This document shows, one piece after another, positions 13,916 to 25,232 of a stretch of 64,000 nucleotides of DNA (position 1 is its first letter; every line of letters begins with the position of its first letter). The notes beneath the pieces were generated by a model. That model was not told the origin of the DNA, ran no database searches, and worked only from the letters and a program-made list of their open reading frames with translations. The position numbers and the translations under genes are program-made. This stretch comes from Harriotta raleighana. Lineage: Eukaryota. The stretch is from positions 1,925,053 through 1,989,052 of the forward strand of contig JBNZDD010013599.1 of the NCBI GenBank assembly GCA_050575255.1. The letters run 5' to 3'.

Positions 13916-14192
13916 CATTTTAGATAGTAATATTAATACCCAAGCAATTCAAATATTGTGGATAGGTTGCTAATTCTATTACCGGGTGTCCTGACTGTAT
14001 TCCCATCAGCCACAATCACCGATCGTTTTTAAAGAATGCCATTCGACCNAATAAGGACACATTTTAGATAGTAATATTAATACCCAAGCAAGTCAAATAT
14101 TGTGGATAGGTTGCTAATTCTATTACCGGGTGTCCTGACTGCATTCCCATCAGCCACAATCACCGATCGTTTTTAAAGAATGCCATTCGACC
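13916..14192. repeat. Duplicate around single N at 14049
   Basis: 13916-14048 matches 14059-14192 with 2 substitutions. Confidence 0.9.
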
Positions 14193-14749
14193 TGGAAAAC
14201 GATTCATGGGAGACTTATTCTCCGAGAAATTCAGCTCCGGAAAGGAACGGGATGAGAGGATAATCATGTAATAGCTGGGGAATACCTGAGGGTTGCGGGT
14301 AAATAAAGCACAACATCATAAAGAAAAAGTTCAGAGCGTCGCAAATGACAGAGCGCGAGTCCTGAAGTCTCCAGGGTGGGGCAAGGCTCCTAATTATCGC
14401 ATTATTAAAGCAGCTAAAAGCCTGACTTTGAACACCAGATTACACGAGAATATAATATAGTCGCTGGGAAAGGTTTAGCTCACCAGTGGCCCCTTATCCC
14501 CAGTGGGGTGTCTATGATGGATGATATCTTCACTGTGTGTTTTTAATTTGGCACTAAAATCCTGCACGATAAAAGTGACTGTGTTTGCTTTGGGTTTTGG
14601 GTTTCCAAATGATCTGTACGCCCTGCATCACCTTTGATATATGAACTGCCACCAATAAACCTGATTAACTACCTCGCCCAGTGTGATGAGTCAGGATTAT
14701 GAATGTAACTGCTGTCTATTCTTTAACCCAGTGACCTTGGTAGCCTTTA

Positions 14750-14916
14750 GGGTTATCATTTGCTCCTGTTTTTCCCCCCTGGCTGTTTTTTTCAGGCGAA
14801 CCCTGCAGCCTTCGCCTAATAAAAACACAGTCACCACACAGTGAATCCTGTGAAGCACTTTAAATGTCCTCCGGGTACAAAAAGTGGAAGCAGAGTGAAA
14901 ATTATTATTATTATTA
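14750..14916 (+). mobile_element. Decayed SINE 3' half
   Basis: TTCGCCTAATAAAAACACAGTCAC...CTGTGAAGCACTTTAAATGTCCT...(ATT)n. Confidence 0.55.
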
Positions 14917-15289
14917 AACTACAGATCAAACGCTCGATCAACGACTGAGCAACAGCAACTGTGAAGGATTTTGACAAACAAACAAAACGCTTTTATTCTA
15001 GTTGCATTCAAAATCTGTGTAAGGTTCTTTTTCAGAGGCTGCACGTTTAATGTATAATCTATTGGTTGTGCAGCTATTTAAAATGCATCTTTTTCTTAAA
15101 CTCGATCGTTACTCGACCTGTACCATGTTCAGTAATAATAGCATTTGATAATAGGATTGCTTTTGTTTCCAATAACAAGCCGGTGGAATGGAGCCTCAGA
15201 AGAAAAGCCTTAACAAAATGGTTCAGCAAACATTTCATTATGAGCATGCAATGCAATGATATCTATTACATTGAAGGTTCATCGCACGC

Positions 15290-15567
15290 TGCAGATAATT
15301 TGCCCCAAACAATGTCCCACAAACATGAAGTAAGTAACCAATTTTACTCGGCGAGATTGTTGGCCAGGATATCAGGAGAAAATCCCTTCATTTTTCAACA
15401 GTGTCATTAATCGTCTACATAAAAAAACTAGAAGGGATCTCGGTTTAATGTCCCATCCAAAGCAGTGTCAACCTGGATTGTGAGTTCTAAGTCCCGAGGT
15501 AGGACTTAAACCCACAACCTTTCTGACTCGGAGGCAAGAGTGCTGCAATTTAGCGAGGCTGACACCT
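15290..15567 (-). mobile_element. Old SacSINE1-like DeuSINE
   Basis: Minus strand GGTGTCAGCC..GCACTCTTGCCTCCGAGTCAGAAAGGTTGTGGGTTTAAGTCC...ACATTAAACCGAGATCCC...GTTTGTGGGACATTG matches the recalled shark DeuSINE layout (tRNA head plus Deu core). Confidence 0.7.
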
Positions 15568-18500
15568 CGCTATCAGGCATATATATATGCAGTGCATTTG
15601 TTTGTTGCACTAATTCAAAATCTCAATGAGTGTACACAGCCATCTTTATCCCAATGATTGGTCATTAATATGGATTTAATTGAAGTACACCATTAATCCC
15701 CTCCACTTGGAGGTTTATTTTCCTGCAGAGATCACCAACAAGAATTAATATGTTCCCTGAAATGAAGGACTAATTAGCGGCTGAATAGCGGATCAGAACT
15801 ATATGGAAGGCAACAGAAGTTCCTGAAAGCTTTACATAAATTTCAACAAGAAGCATTTTGGGGGAATGTAAGTAACAATAGGCACTTTAAATGAAGGATC
15901 CAGCAACAGGTCTCGACTGTCAAGTACCTTCAGATTGGATTTGAATTTATGAAGATTACTTTACCTGGGGTTCCAGTAATCTAAGTCTCTGTAGTAATTC
16001 ACATTCTCTCTCATTTCAAACGCAGTCAAAGAGTGCTGTATTTCAAAATGACACTGTAATCACAGTTCCACATTAAAAAGTCATTATTGTTTAGAATCCA
16101 GCTCGGTTAGGCAAACACTTACTATAAAATTCAAGAGCCTTTGTAAATTACCTACAGGTTTTTTACTCAGGAATACAAGAAGACATGATTTAAATTGTTG
16201 ACTTACTATTTTATTGATTGTTTGGGATTTTACGCTGTTACTTTGACTGGAGTGCTTTGTGTGTAGACCAAAAAATGGATTTACCTGGATTAGATAATAA
16301 ATAATTACAGGACTGAAATGCAACAATTAATGCACACGATTTTTTTTACCAGCACTTTAGAAAATAAATGACACTTTCTTCCTACACTGGGTAATTATAT
16401 AAATCATATCTTATTCCAAAACATAGAGAAAGCGCTTTGCGAAAAGAACTCAGTTATTAATTAGAACACGAAAATTGCTTTTTTGGAAGGTATAGGTATT
16501 TCACTTGAAGCGAACAAAATGTATTTGCAAAATGGTTTTGATGAAGGATACGGAGGGAAGGAAATGATTTCTGTAAGAGCAGAAAAAGTCAATCTTGTAC
16601 GCTGAGGCAACTTCCTGCCCTCACTACCCTACATCAAACACACTCCTTCCAAATACTTACCCTCAATAAGCGAAGCCAGGTAAAACTGCTTGCAAAGCGA
16701 ATAATAAAAACAAAAGCATTTCTGACATTGGATTGACGGAGTGCGGTTGTGGCCACACAAAGCATGAATTTAAAGGGGGGCATAAACAGTTACACCTTAC
16801 ATAAATATAAATATCACATCATCAAACGTCGCAGCGGGCCTTTCCCAAACATTTCTCTCGGTGTTCTCGCGTTGTATATGAATTTGTGATAGCTCACGAA
16901 CCTCAAATTTCCAACAGTGAAGCCTGGCTTGCTCTCGAGCATTCTGGCCTCAACCTGAGAAACGATTCCAGTCATTATTCGCCCTCTAAAGGAAAGAAAT
17001 ACCTCTTGGTGTCTGTCCCGTTATTAACATTTGCAACCCTAAACCCATGTTCTTTTTGTTGTCTTGCTGCATCCGAAAGTATTGTTCTAGGATCATCCTG
17101 CAATTACTTTTCAATGGAAACTCATACACAATAGTACAGGCAAGAAAAAAGCCCTGAAGCATATTTTGCAATCACATTAATTAACAATTAATGTGAACAG
17201 TACAGTAAACACATCTCTTGTTTAATTTTTAATATGCTCTTTGGTGTGCATTTTATAAAAGGGAGGCATCAAAGTCCTTACACTATTAATGCTAATTCAT
17301 ATTTGTCGTGCGTTTAGAGCAGACAAGCCAACGTAAATGATCAATTACACTTTAAACCACAAAAGATTTGAGATAAACATTTTTTCCGACGGTCCAGATC
17401 CGAGCTGCGAAGTCAGATTCGACTGCTGTAAATTGCTTGATGTGAATCACCAACCAGAATTAACCTAGAAAAATGATGAGCACATGTTTAAACCCCAAGG
17501 AATTGTGTTCACCTTCGGTCATGCTGATGCAAACTGAACGCAATCAGATGGGGCCGACACCATTAAGTGAGTCTATCTTCCTCAATCTGCTTTCGTTGCT
17601 CTGTGGTTCGTTTTTTTTCCTTTGAGATTGCACTCTCTTTTCGACCGCTGATTTTGTTTTTGCGGGTACCCATCATTCTTTCAGCTTTCACTTTCCTCAG
17701 TCTTTCTCACCCTTTCTTTTTCTTCCCCGTCGCTGTTCAATCTGCTCTGCTCAGTTTATATTTTTCTCGAGGCAATATTTCACTCACCTACAAGACCTTG
17801 TCCGCTGCAAATAGAGCCAGCAAATCACATACAGACAAAGGGGGAAGAGAGAAAAAAAAGTCCCACCAAAATAGTAGTGGATAGAGTCTATTGCTTGGCT
17901 ATCAGTGAATTAAAAGACAGTAATCCGATCAAGGGGTTCAGATAAATAGTTTAACGTTACCAGTTAAACCCTGCAATTGGATTAATGTCCAGGTTTCACT
18001 GACGGGATTCCCGTAGTACTGATAATATTGCAGATTAAAGTGGTGACAACATTAATGGTTTGTTTGTATGCTTGTTTGTTTGGCAGGTGTCTTTGTTGAG
18101 GCAACTCAATATAGCATTGCTCCTCACTGATGATTGCTTTCATGACATATGATAGTGAATTACACAAATGCTTACTACAGGAACATGTAACGTCTCAACT
18201 CGAGTGAACTGCATCAAATGCAAGGATTAGTTGGTTATCTATTTATTTACTTAGATTGCTTGAGGGTTATCTATGAAACATACCCCACGATTCCTATGAT
18301 GGTTCCCAAAGACTCTGGGGAATGATCTCGCATTTGCATTTTCAATTCATCTCAGCGCACTGGCTAGATCTCATTAAAGGGACAAGAGAAATACTACACA
18401 ACGGATGCAACCTGTGTGAGAATCCATTGGATGCAGAACAAAGATTAGCAGAAACCATAGGTTGAACAGTATTGATTGGGTGGGTTACACAATAAGGATA

Positions 18501-19097
18501 CTGTAAAATTATGTTCATTTCAATGTGCAATCCAGCCCATAATATTATTCTCTCTCTCTATATATAAAGGGATTAGAGACAAGTCGTGCAAATCACATTG
18601 TACAGACTCCACTCCCCTAACCCAATGATATTATGTCACACCACCATTTACAAATGCTGTAAGGATAATCTGTATCATTTAAAGGCTGCCTTTAATAACC
18701 AGCATTAAAAAAATTGATAGACATCAAGGAATATATTAGTTATGTTATTTTTGGTCCAGGGGTGATGGACATTAATGCTTGCACTTATTATTATTCGCAA
18801 CATTTATTTTAAAGAGATTACCTTTACTTAGATAATGGATGTGAAGCAAATTGATATAAGAAAAGACGGATGTCCTGTATAACTAGCAGGAGAGTGAACA
18901 AACTACAGTGTGTCTATCTAATAAGATTTACAAACTAAGATTTATCTTTCTGGGGAAAACAGGTACAGGATATCTCAATATGTAATGTGCCTGAATATCC
19001 AACAGATATTTGTAGAGCAAAGTGTGAGAATAACCAAACTTGGAAAGGACCAGCAGTCTCAGTGATTTAATGAAATAAGGTTTACGTTGAAACTACT

Positions 19098-19160
19098 ACT
19101 ATTAATAATAATAACCCTTGCATTTGATATAATGCTTTATTACATCATCGAGACATTCTC
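19098..19160 (-). mobile_element. SINE tail fragment
   Basis: (TAA)n CCTTGCATTTGATATAATGCTTTATTACATCATCGAGACAT. Confidence 0.65.
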
Positions 19161-19729
19161 CAGATTCCTCTCCTAACTGTAAAGAGGGAATTACTTTCTG
19201 TGCAAGATGTCCCCAATGCCTCAGTATCTTTATGACTGCTGGTGGAAATGGTAATGGAAACAAAGCTGGGAACCAATTGAAAATGATTGATTTTGAAAAT
19301 AAAGAAGTTAGAACAGCTACAAACTCATCAGAATATGGGAAAACTACATTAAACAACAAACGAGCCAAGGACATTCAGGCAATAGTTTTCTTAATAGCTG
19401 TTTGGATTCACTGACAATCAGCTACTGCACTAAGCCCAAAGGCCCCGTATTAGACACAGCATTATGCAAATAGTCTTGTCAGTCATCTATTTTAAATAGT
19501 GATCTTGCTATGTTGGAAAAATATTGAGGTGGCAGACACATTCCAGTCAACCAGCCTTATTAACCTTAACGAACGCTGGAATTTTTATTTTACCGATCAT
19601 TTTACCGAGGGTGCTGGAATGCTTTAGTGGTAAGTGTCCATACAATATTCTGTTAATATTTAGTCCATCATTAATATGGTATGTCTTAAAATAAGTTCAC
19701 TTTTTGCGTTGGATTTTCGCAACTTGGTG

Positions 19730-19805
19730 CTCGAATATCCGGCATATTTGATTAACCAGCACCGAGCAGGTCCCGAAAGTGCCGGATAAACGAGCTTTTA
19801 CTGTA
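19730..19805. mobile_element. pogo/Tigger-like (Tc1/mariner) DNA transposon terminus; the other end was not found
   Basis: Revcomp reads TA-CAGTAAAAGCTCGTTTATCCGGCAC, a TA-flanked CAGT-type TIR. A subterminal inverted copy GCTCGAATATCCGGCA lies at 19730 (14/16 match). Confidence 0.65.
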
Positions 19806-20946
19806 CATGGTATATATAAGAACTGTCTTATTACTTCAGCAAAACATTAGTGGCATACAAGGATCTGCCTTGCGTTGATCACTAAATTGTGATGCTTTTT
19901 GGATTATCACGGAACATTTGACCACCATATAAACAAATAACATCAAGATTGGCTATTTTGGTGATCAGTGTGAGATAGTCTAATCTCACTGGAGGGTATT
20001 CACTTATTGAAAAACACAAACCTAAAAAAAAAAATTGCTTTACGCGTGTGTGCTTTTGTATGTTAACTGGAGCTCAATTCTGCCAATGACAGTATAAAAT
20101 CTAATTTGTTTATATACTTAGAACAATTATGCATCGTTCAATACAACAGGCAAGAAAAATCAAGCTAAAGCGTAGACTATGTTATGAGAGCCTTTGATAT
20201 GAGCCTGTTCGGCGTAATTCTTTAAAAGGAAATGTTTTCGAGCTTGATGCAAAGCATATATTTTCCCAATCTATCAATATGGGGAGATCCATCTAAGCTT
20301 TGTACAAGAATACAATAGACTGGCAGTGTGAATGCAGTAGAAAGGTGCATCAGTTTAAGAAGAGAAAAACATTAGAGGTATTCACTCACTCCTATCTCAC
20401 CCCTGGCATTGAAAAGGTGAAAACGTCGGGATTAGCATTAAGGAGTTGACTTTTAATGATTCTGTGTAGTAACCTTTGTCATCCTAATTTGTGGGATCGG
20501 TGATTGTGAGACCATCACTGCAAATTCACTAATGAATGCCATTAAGTTTTCCATAACCAGTTATACACCAGAGACCAATTTCTCATGTTAAATGTCCTTT
20601 CAAATGTTTAAGTCAATATTATGTCATCATTCCTTATACCGTACAGTGTTGCGAAAACGTAAAACAGATCAGTGATTGGGAGGAGGGGAGGGGATGGGTG
20701 AGCACCCAAAAAAATAAATGACATTTTCCGAGTTTAATCCAGATTATTATTATTTTTTTTTGCAGTTTTTGAAAAATGCTGTAAACACTGATTTCAACCT
20801 ATTCCGTCCGAGGTGAAATCCGAGCCAAAAGCTAAAATTTTAATTCACTCATTATTTATTAAAGTTTTCATTTCCATGTCACAGTTCCTCTTGCACAATC
20901 TCTGTCCTAAACAGTAATACGTAAATTAACAGTTTTAAGCATATGA

Positions 20947-21080
20947 TAGTAATAATAATCCTTGCGTTTGAAATAGTGCCTTCATCACATCTTCGAGAGG
21001 TCTCAAAGTCGCTTCATCTAATATACTGTAAAGTGAATTGACTATATATTTTGTGGGCATATATAAATTAGCTGCCAAAC
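20947..21080 (-). mobile_element. SINE 3' fragment
   Basis: (TAA)n TCCTTGCGTTTGAAATAGTGCCTT...GTCTCAAAG...ATATACTGTAAAGTGAATTGACT. Confidence 0.75.
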
Positions 21081-21184
21081 ATTAACAAGTATTTCATAAA
21101 TGTTGTGGATGTACATTGACAGAGCACCTTCACGTTGGGAGTCAAAACGCTTGACATTGCTGGTTAGACACCCAAGCTGAACAT

Positions 21185-21300
21185 TGGGAGCTGAAGAGGG
21201 CGGGGAGGAGATATAGGTGTATCTTCACCTCCGGAACCTGAGGGGAAAGGAAGAGAGTTCGGAGAGACTCCGGGAATGATTTCCAGAGACCTGGATGGCC
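21185..21300 (-). mobile_element. Decayed L2 ORF2 fragment
   Basis: Minus-strand translation PGLWKSFPESLR...VKIHLY resembles L2 P.LWNSLP..LR...LKTHLF. Confidence 0.5.
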
Positions 21301-21539
21301 GATTAAAACTGAATTTTTACAATTACTGGTTTCACTTTTATTTGCTGACAACTGTAATCTAGGCGACTGGCTTCAAAGGGTTTATATACTCAGCCCGACA
21401 GTGTGAGGAAGCTCAATTAACATGGACAGATATAGTCAATAATTCTGACTACTTCAGTGCTTTTGTGGTCGTTAATTCAAGTCCTTTCCAATGACAGTCG
21501 CGTATGTCGTCCAGATTAATTCTCCCGATAATATCATCA

Positions 21540-21700
21540 GTAAATTGCTGTGTGCGAATTGGCTATGGTGTTCACCTACAAAAATACAGTCACTACACTT
21601 AGCAATGAATTGTGAATTGCTTTGAGAGGTCCTCCCAGCATGAAAGACGCTATAACAAATTCAGGCTTTGATATTATTCTTATTTTTACTATTACTACTA
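21540..21700 (+). mobile_element. DeuSINE 3' half
   Basis: TTGCTGTGTGCGAATTGGCT...CAGTCACTACACTT...GCTTTGAGAGGTCCTCCCAGCATGAAAGACGCTATA. Confidence 0.75.
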
Positions 21701-21718
21701 CGGTAACTCAATGTTTAA

Positions 21719-21778
21719 ATAACAACAGCAAAATGACATTTGTACAGCGCCTTTCTTGTCAGGAGGACGTCCCAATGG
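21719..21778 (-). mobile_element. L2 mini-tail insertion
   Basis: AACAACAGCAAAATGACATTTGTACAGCGCCTTTCTTGTCAGGAGGACGTCCCAA. Confidence 0.75.
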
Positions 21779-24019
21779 GTTGGGAACTTCAGAACAGTAC
21801 TTAACAATGTAACAGAAAAGAAGAATTCCTTGCATCGATTCGATTTTTTTCATTAAAGAGAGGGAATGGCGAGCCTTTGTTTAATAACATTTGGGCTGGG
21901 CTTTAAAACGCATTTGAAGGTGATCAGGTACATTAATCTGTCGGGAACTGATTCCTTTGATATTTCCAGGAGATTACTTCATTCTACCTAAAGGATAGGG
22001 TGTGATGGATCATGAAATACCTGATGAGTCCAAGCGAGTAATGATGGAAATGCAATCTTCATTGTGAAGCACAGCCAGTTAGTGTTTACATCGCAAATTC
22101 AACATGCACAGTACATTGATACAATGAAATGATGTTAAGATATTGTTCCAATGGCCACGGAATCAATACGCAAGGTATTGGTGGGAATAATTGCTCTCGC
22201 TTGATGATCTTTTGTTATTATTGCAGACATCTACGCATTGCGTATTCCTCTGAGTTGCACAACCAACGTATACATTAATTTACGAGTGGGTCAGAGCGTA
22301 AGGCAGCTTCACAACTCAAGCACTGCAGAACGTTAAAATACAACTAGAATCTTTTAGCATTTAACAACATTACAATGGTACATGACAATTCCCCACTCCC
22401 CCAATCCTCGTCCCAGCTCTATACGTGTGAAGGGCTGTGGCAGGCTGGGTGTCAGCTTGTCACTCGGAATTACATAGTCAACTTCTACTCTAACTGTCCC
22501 TTTAACGTACATTAATTCAACCGAGCTACGCTGGGAGCCTTTTCTGAATAAGATGAGGTTTTGTTTCCGTTCTGGTTTTAAAATGTGCTCCCGAGGTGTG
22601 CCCCTCAATCTTTTGTTGGGCTCAGACCGCAGAATGATAGCAGTTAACTCACAGTTAGTAAATGCTCGATCGAGATCAGTGCAGATTGGCTGCTCCATCC
22701 CCATATCTACTGGGATTGTCATTTTCAGCAAATCTCATACAAATAAAGCTTGATGCAATCTCATGGCCTACCATTGATTCTAAATGCCAGTTGTTACTTA
22801 AAATCATCTCACAAAGAACAGTGTGTAAATTTTTTTTAAATGAAGTTTCAGAAGGGGTTAATATTTCTAACCTAAAGCTACGTTTTTTTCTAGATGAATT
22901 CTTTTTTAAACTAAGGTTGTGGCCTGAAAGGTGGGATGGTATAAATTCATTCTATTTGAGAAATATTACCACTTTAATCTACCAATCAGTCTTCCGTTCC
23001 CTGTAGGAGATACTAGGAGAAAATCCATTATAAGGTACTTAGATATCCAGAGATCTTGTAGTTCAAATATCTCTTGTTCTGCTTCATGGGTTTCTGAACT
23101 ACATATAATAAATTGCAGAAAATGAAGATTAAATTAGACCAAAAATTAAACCATTGATTTTTTCCAATATATTTTAGAACAAGATTTACATTGATTTTAA
23201 TAGGCTCCGCAATCTCTGTGGTATAGACCTTAGCGGAGTTTTACATTAGTTCATTAAGGTCTCTATCTCCACAGTTTTAAAACTAATTTTAAAGTGGCTT
23301 TTTCTAATAAAACAATTCTAAATACAGTAACTGGGTAGAATCCATTTGAAATCTCCTCTCAAAATGGTTGAAAGCAAAGCTCTTGTTCAATAGTGTCTTC
23401 ATTTTCGGGATTCTTTTGGTTGGCAATTTTGTAAAGGAATAATAAAACTCACATTAGTTTGTCTGCCATCAGATTAAAAGTGAGTGCAGTTATGTTTCAC
23501 AGTTCAATTCAAGTGCTAGTAAACCTAATCCAGTGGGTGGAAGAACAGAAGTGCTTTCTCCACAGCTTCATTTTACAGCTCCTGGATTCTATAAAACAGC
23601 GCACAAAAGCATTGCCTCCGGTAAGGTCACAAATGATAACTGGCCAATGCGGATGATAGTCCAGCCACAATCCCACGGCTGGAAGAATTCTGCCATTGTT
23701 ACTGTATATTGCAGCCTGTTATATTGGTTGCAGGGGTCGGACTCTCACTGACCTCTTATGGGTGGGATTTGGTTTGATGCGTACAAATGCAGACAACTAC
23801 TGCTGGCCATTGTGTGTATTCATCCTCTTTGTGTGATCCATTGGATTCTAAGCATTGCACAATGGATGTATTGACGTACAGTATTTTGTCCAAGTCTTGC
23901 TATGCTATAGTTTTCAACAAGGGCAAAGACAAATATCAACAGAATGTTAATCTCCCGGACTTTCTAAATCACTAAAATCGTGCTTAAAACGCCAGGGAAC
24001 AGTAACTGATAATGCGTCC

Positions 24020-24370
24020 ACTATGATATCGGATATTGTAGCATCGTCGAAACATCACACCGTGCTTCGCAGGATTTACTGTAAGGCGGAGTGGAGTGAC
24101 TGTGTACTTGCAGCCTATCTGTGCAAAATAATGCCTCACAAACAGCCATTGAATGAATTTTTATCTGTGGGAATGCCCGGAGAAACTCCTTTTATCTTTT
24201 CACATCATGCGTTGGGATCTTTTGACTCTCTGAACAGGCAGAATGGGGCCTTGGTTTTTTGGACGACACCTCCAACAATTCAGCACACCCCCCAGCAATG
24301 CACTGGAAGGTCATCCTAGAGTAGGAGTTCAAAGAACCTTCCAAGTCATAGATGAGAGCAACTGAGCTAG
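24020..24370 (-). mobile_element. Old SacSINE1-like DeuSINE
   Basis: GCAGCC...CACAAACAG...GGAGAAACTCC...TGGGATCTTTT...GGCAGAATGGGGCCTTGGTTT...CACCTCCAACA..CAGCAC..CCC..CA.TGCACTGGAA is collinear with 15290-15567 and 40150-40420. Confidence 0.65.
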
Positions 24371-24438
24371 GTGATCAAGAAAAACGTTGAAAAAATCTAC
24401 ACTGTAGAAGATGTCTAACTTCACTAAACCAATGCCTC

Positions 24439-24738
24439 TAATAATAATAATAATAATCCTTGCATTTGATATAGCGCTTTTCAGATCTTATCAACGTCCC
24501 AAAGCGCTTCACAGAGTATACTGTAAAATGAATTTCACTGTATATTTGTGGGCGGAACGTGGCAGCCAATTACTCATGGATTGAAATGACCCATTTTATT
24601 ATTGTGGTCTTTTTTGGAGGGATTATTATTTGGCGTGTGTGTGGAGCAAGGAAACTTGCCCAAGGTTTCGCCCTGATCTGCCTGGATTCGAACACAGTGT
24701 CTCACGCTTGTAAGGCGAGTGCTCTAACCACAGGAGCT
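24439..24738 (-). mobile_element. Near full-length tRNA-derived SINE with L2-type (ATT)n tail
   Basis: Minus-strand head AGCTCCTGTGGTTAGAGCACTCGCCTTACAAGC...GTTCGAATCCAGG carries A and B boxes, followed by a partial Deu core and the tail GTGAAGCGCTTTGGGACGT...GCGCTATATCAAATGCAAGG(ATT)n. Confidence 0.85.
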
Positions 24739-24920
24739 CCACCTGCAAAGGGAATTTCTGAATCCTCAATTTGAACGGGGAAGCTAGGTTGCAATTGCGC
24801 ATCCAAAAATTTATTCAATTTATGTTCCAAGATCAAAGAAAATAATCAGTCTCTAGACTTTCATGTTCATCAAAGCAAATGAGTGGAACGGAAAATATTT
24901 AAGTCTAATAATATGTGCCG

Positions 24921-25147
24921 CATTTTTATTTAATCAGCTTTGTTTCTGCCATCTTTTCCTCTGGTACACTTTCACCATGTCCAGTAGGTGAAAGCTTAGG
25001 TGACACGCTTGCCAACAAAATATACAGTNTGCACACGATCATTTTTATTTAATCAGCTTTGTTTCTGCCATCTTTTCCTCTGGTACGCTTTCACCACGTC
25101 CAGTAGGTGAAAGCTTAGGTGACACGCTTGCCAACAAAATATACAGT
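24921..25147. repeat. Duplicate around single N at 25029
   Basis: 24921-25028 matches 25040-25147 with 2 substitutions. Confidence 0.9.
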
Positions 25148-25232
25148 CAATTCACTTTACAGTATGTTCTGTGAAGCTCTTTGAGACAACTCAAAGATGG
25201 GATAAGGCGTTATATCAAATACAAGGATTGTT
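25120..25232 (+). mobile_element. SINE 3' tail
   Basis: AAAATATACAGTCAATTCACTTTACAGTATGTTCTGTGAAGCTCTTTGAGACA...GATAAGGCGTTATATCAAATACAAGGATT. Confidence 0.8.

Noticed and set aside
14529-14845. Apparent ~320-bp nested palindrome with CACTGTG/CACAGTG (RSS-like heptamers)
   Set aside because: The right arm is a SINE 3' half, the arm centres are inconsistent, and the nonamer-like ACAAAAAGT is 33 nt away rather than 12 or 23.
20472-20488. 14-nt match to miR-204/211 (CCTTTGTCATCCTA)
   Set aside because: The seed end mismatches and there is no complementary star arm or hairpin.
22021-22050. CTGATGAGTCC...GAAA hammerhead-like core
   Set aside because: There is no stem II complement (no GGAC before GAAA) and no stem III.
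24670-24738. tRNA-like A/B boxes
   Set aside because: There is no complete cloverleaf; the boxes are contiguous with a SINE body and tail.
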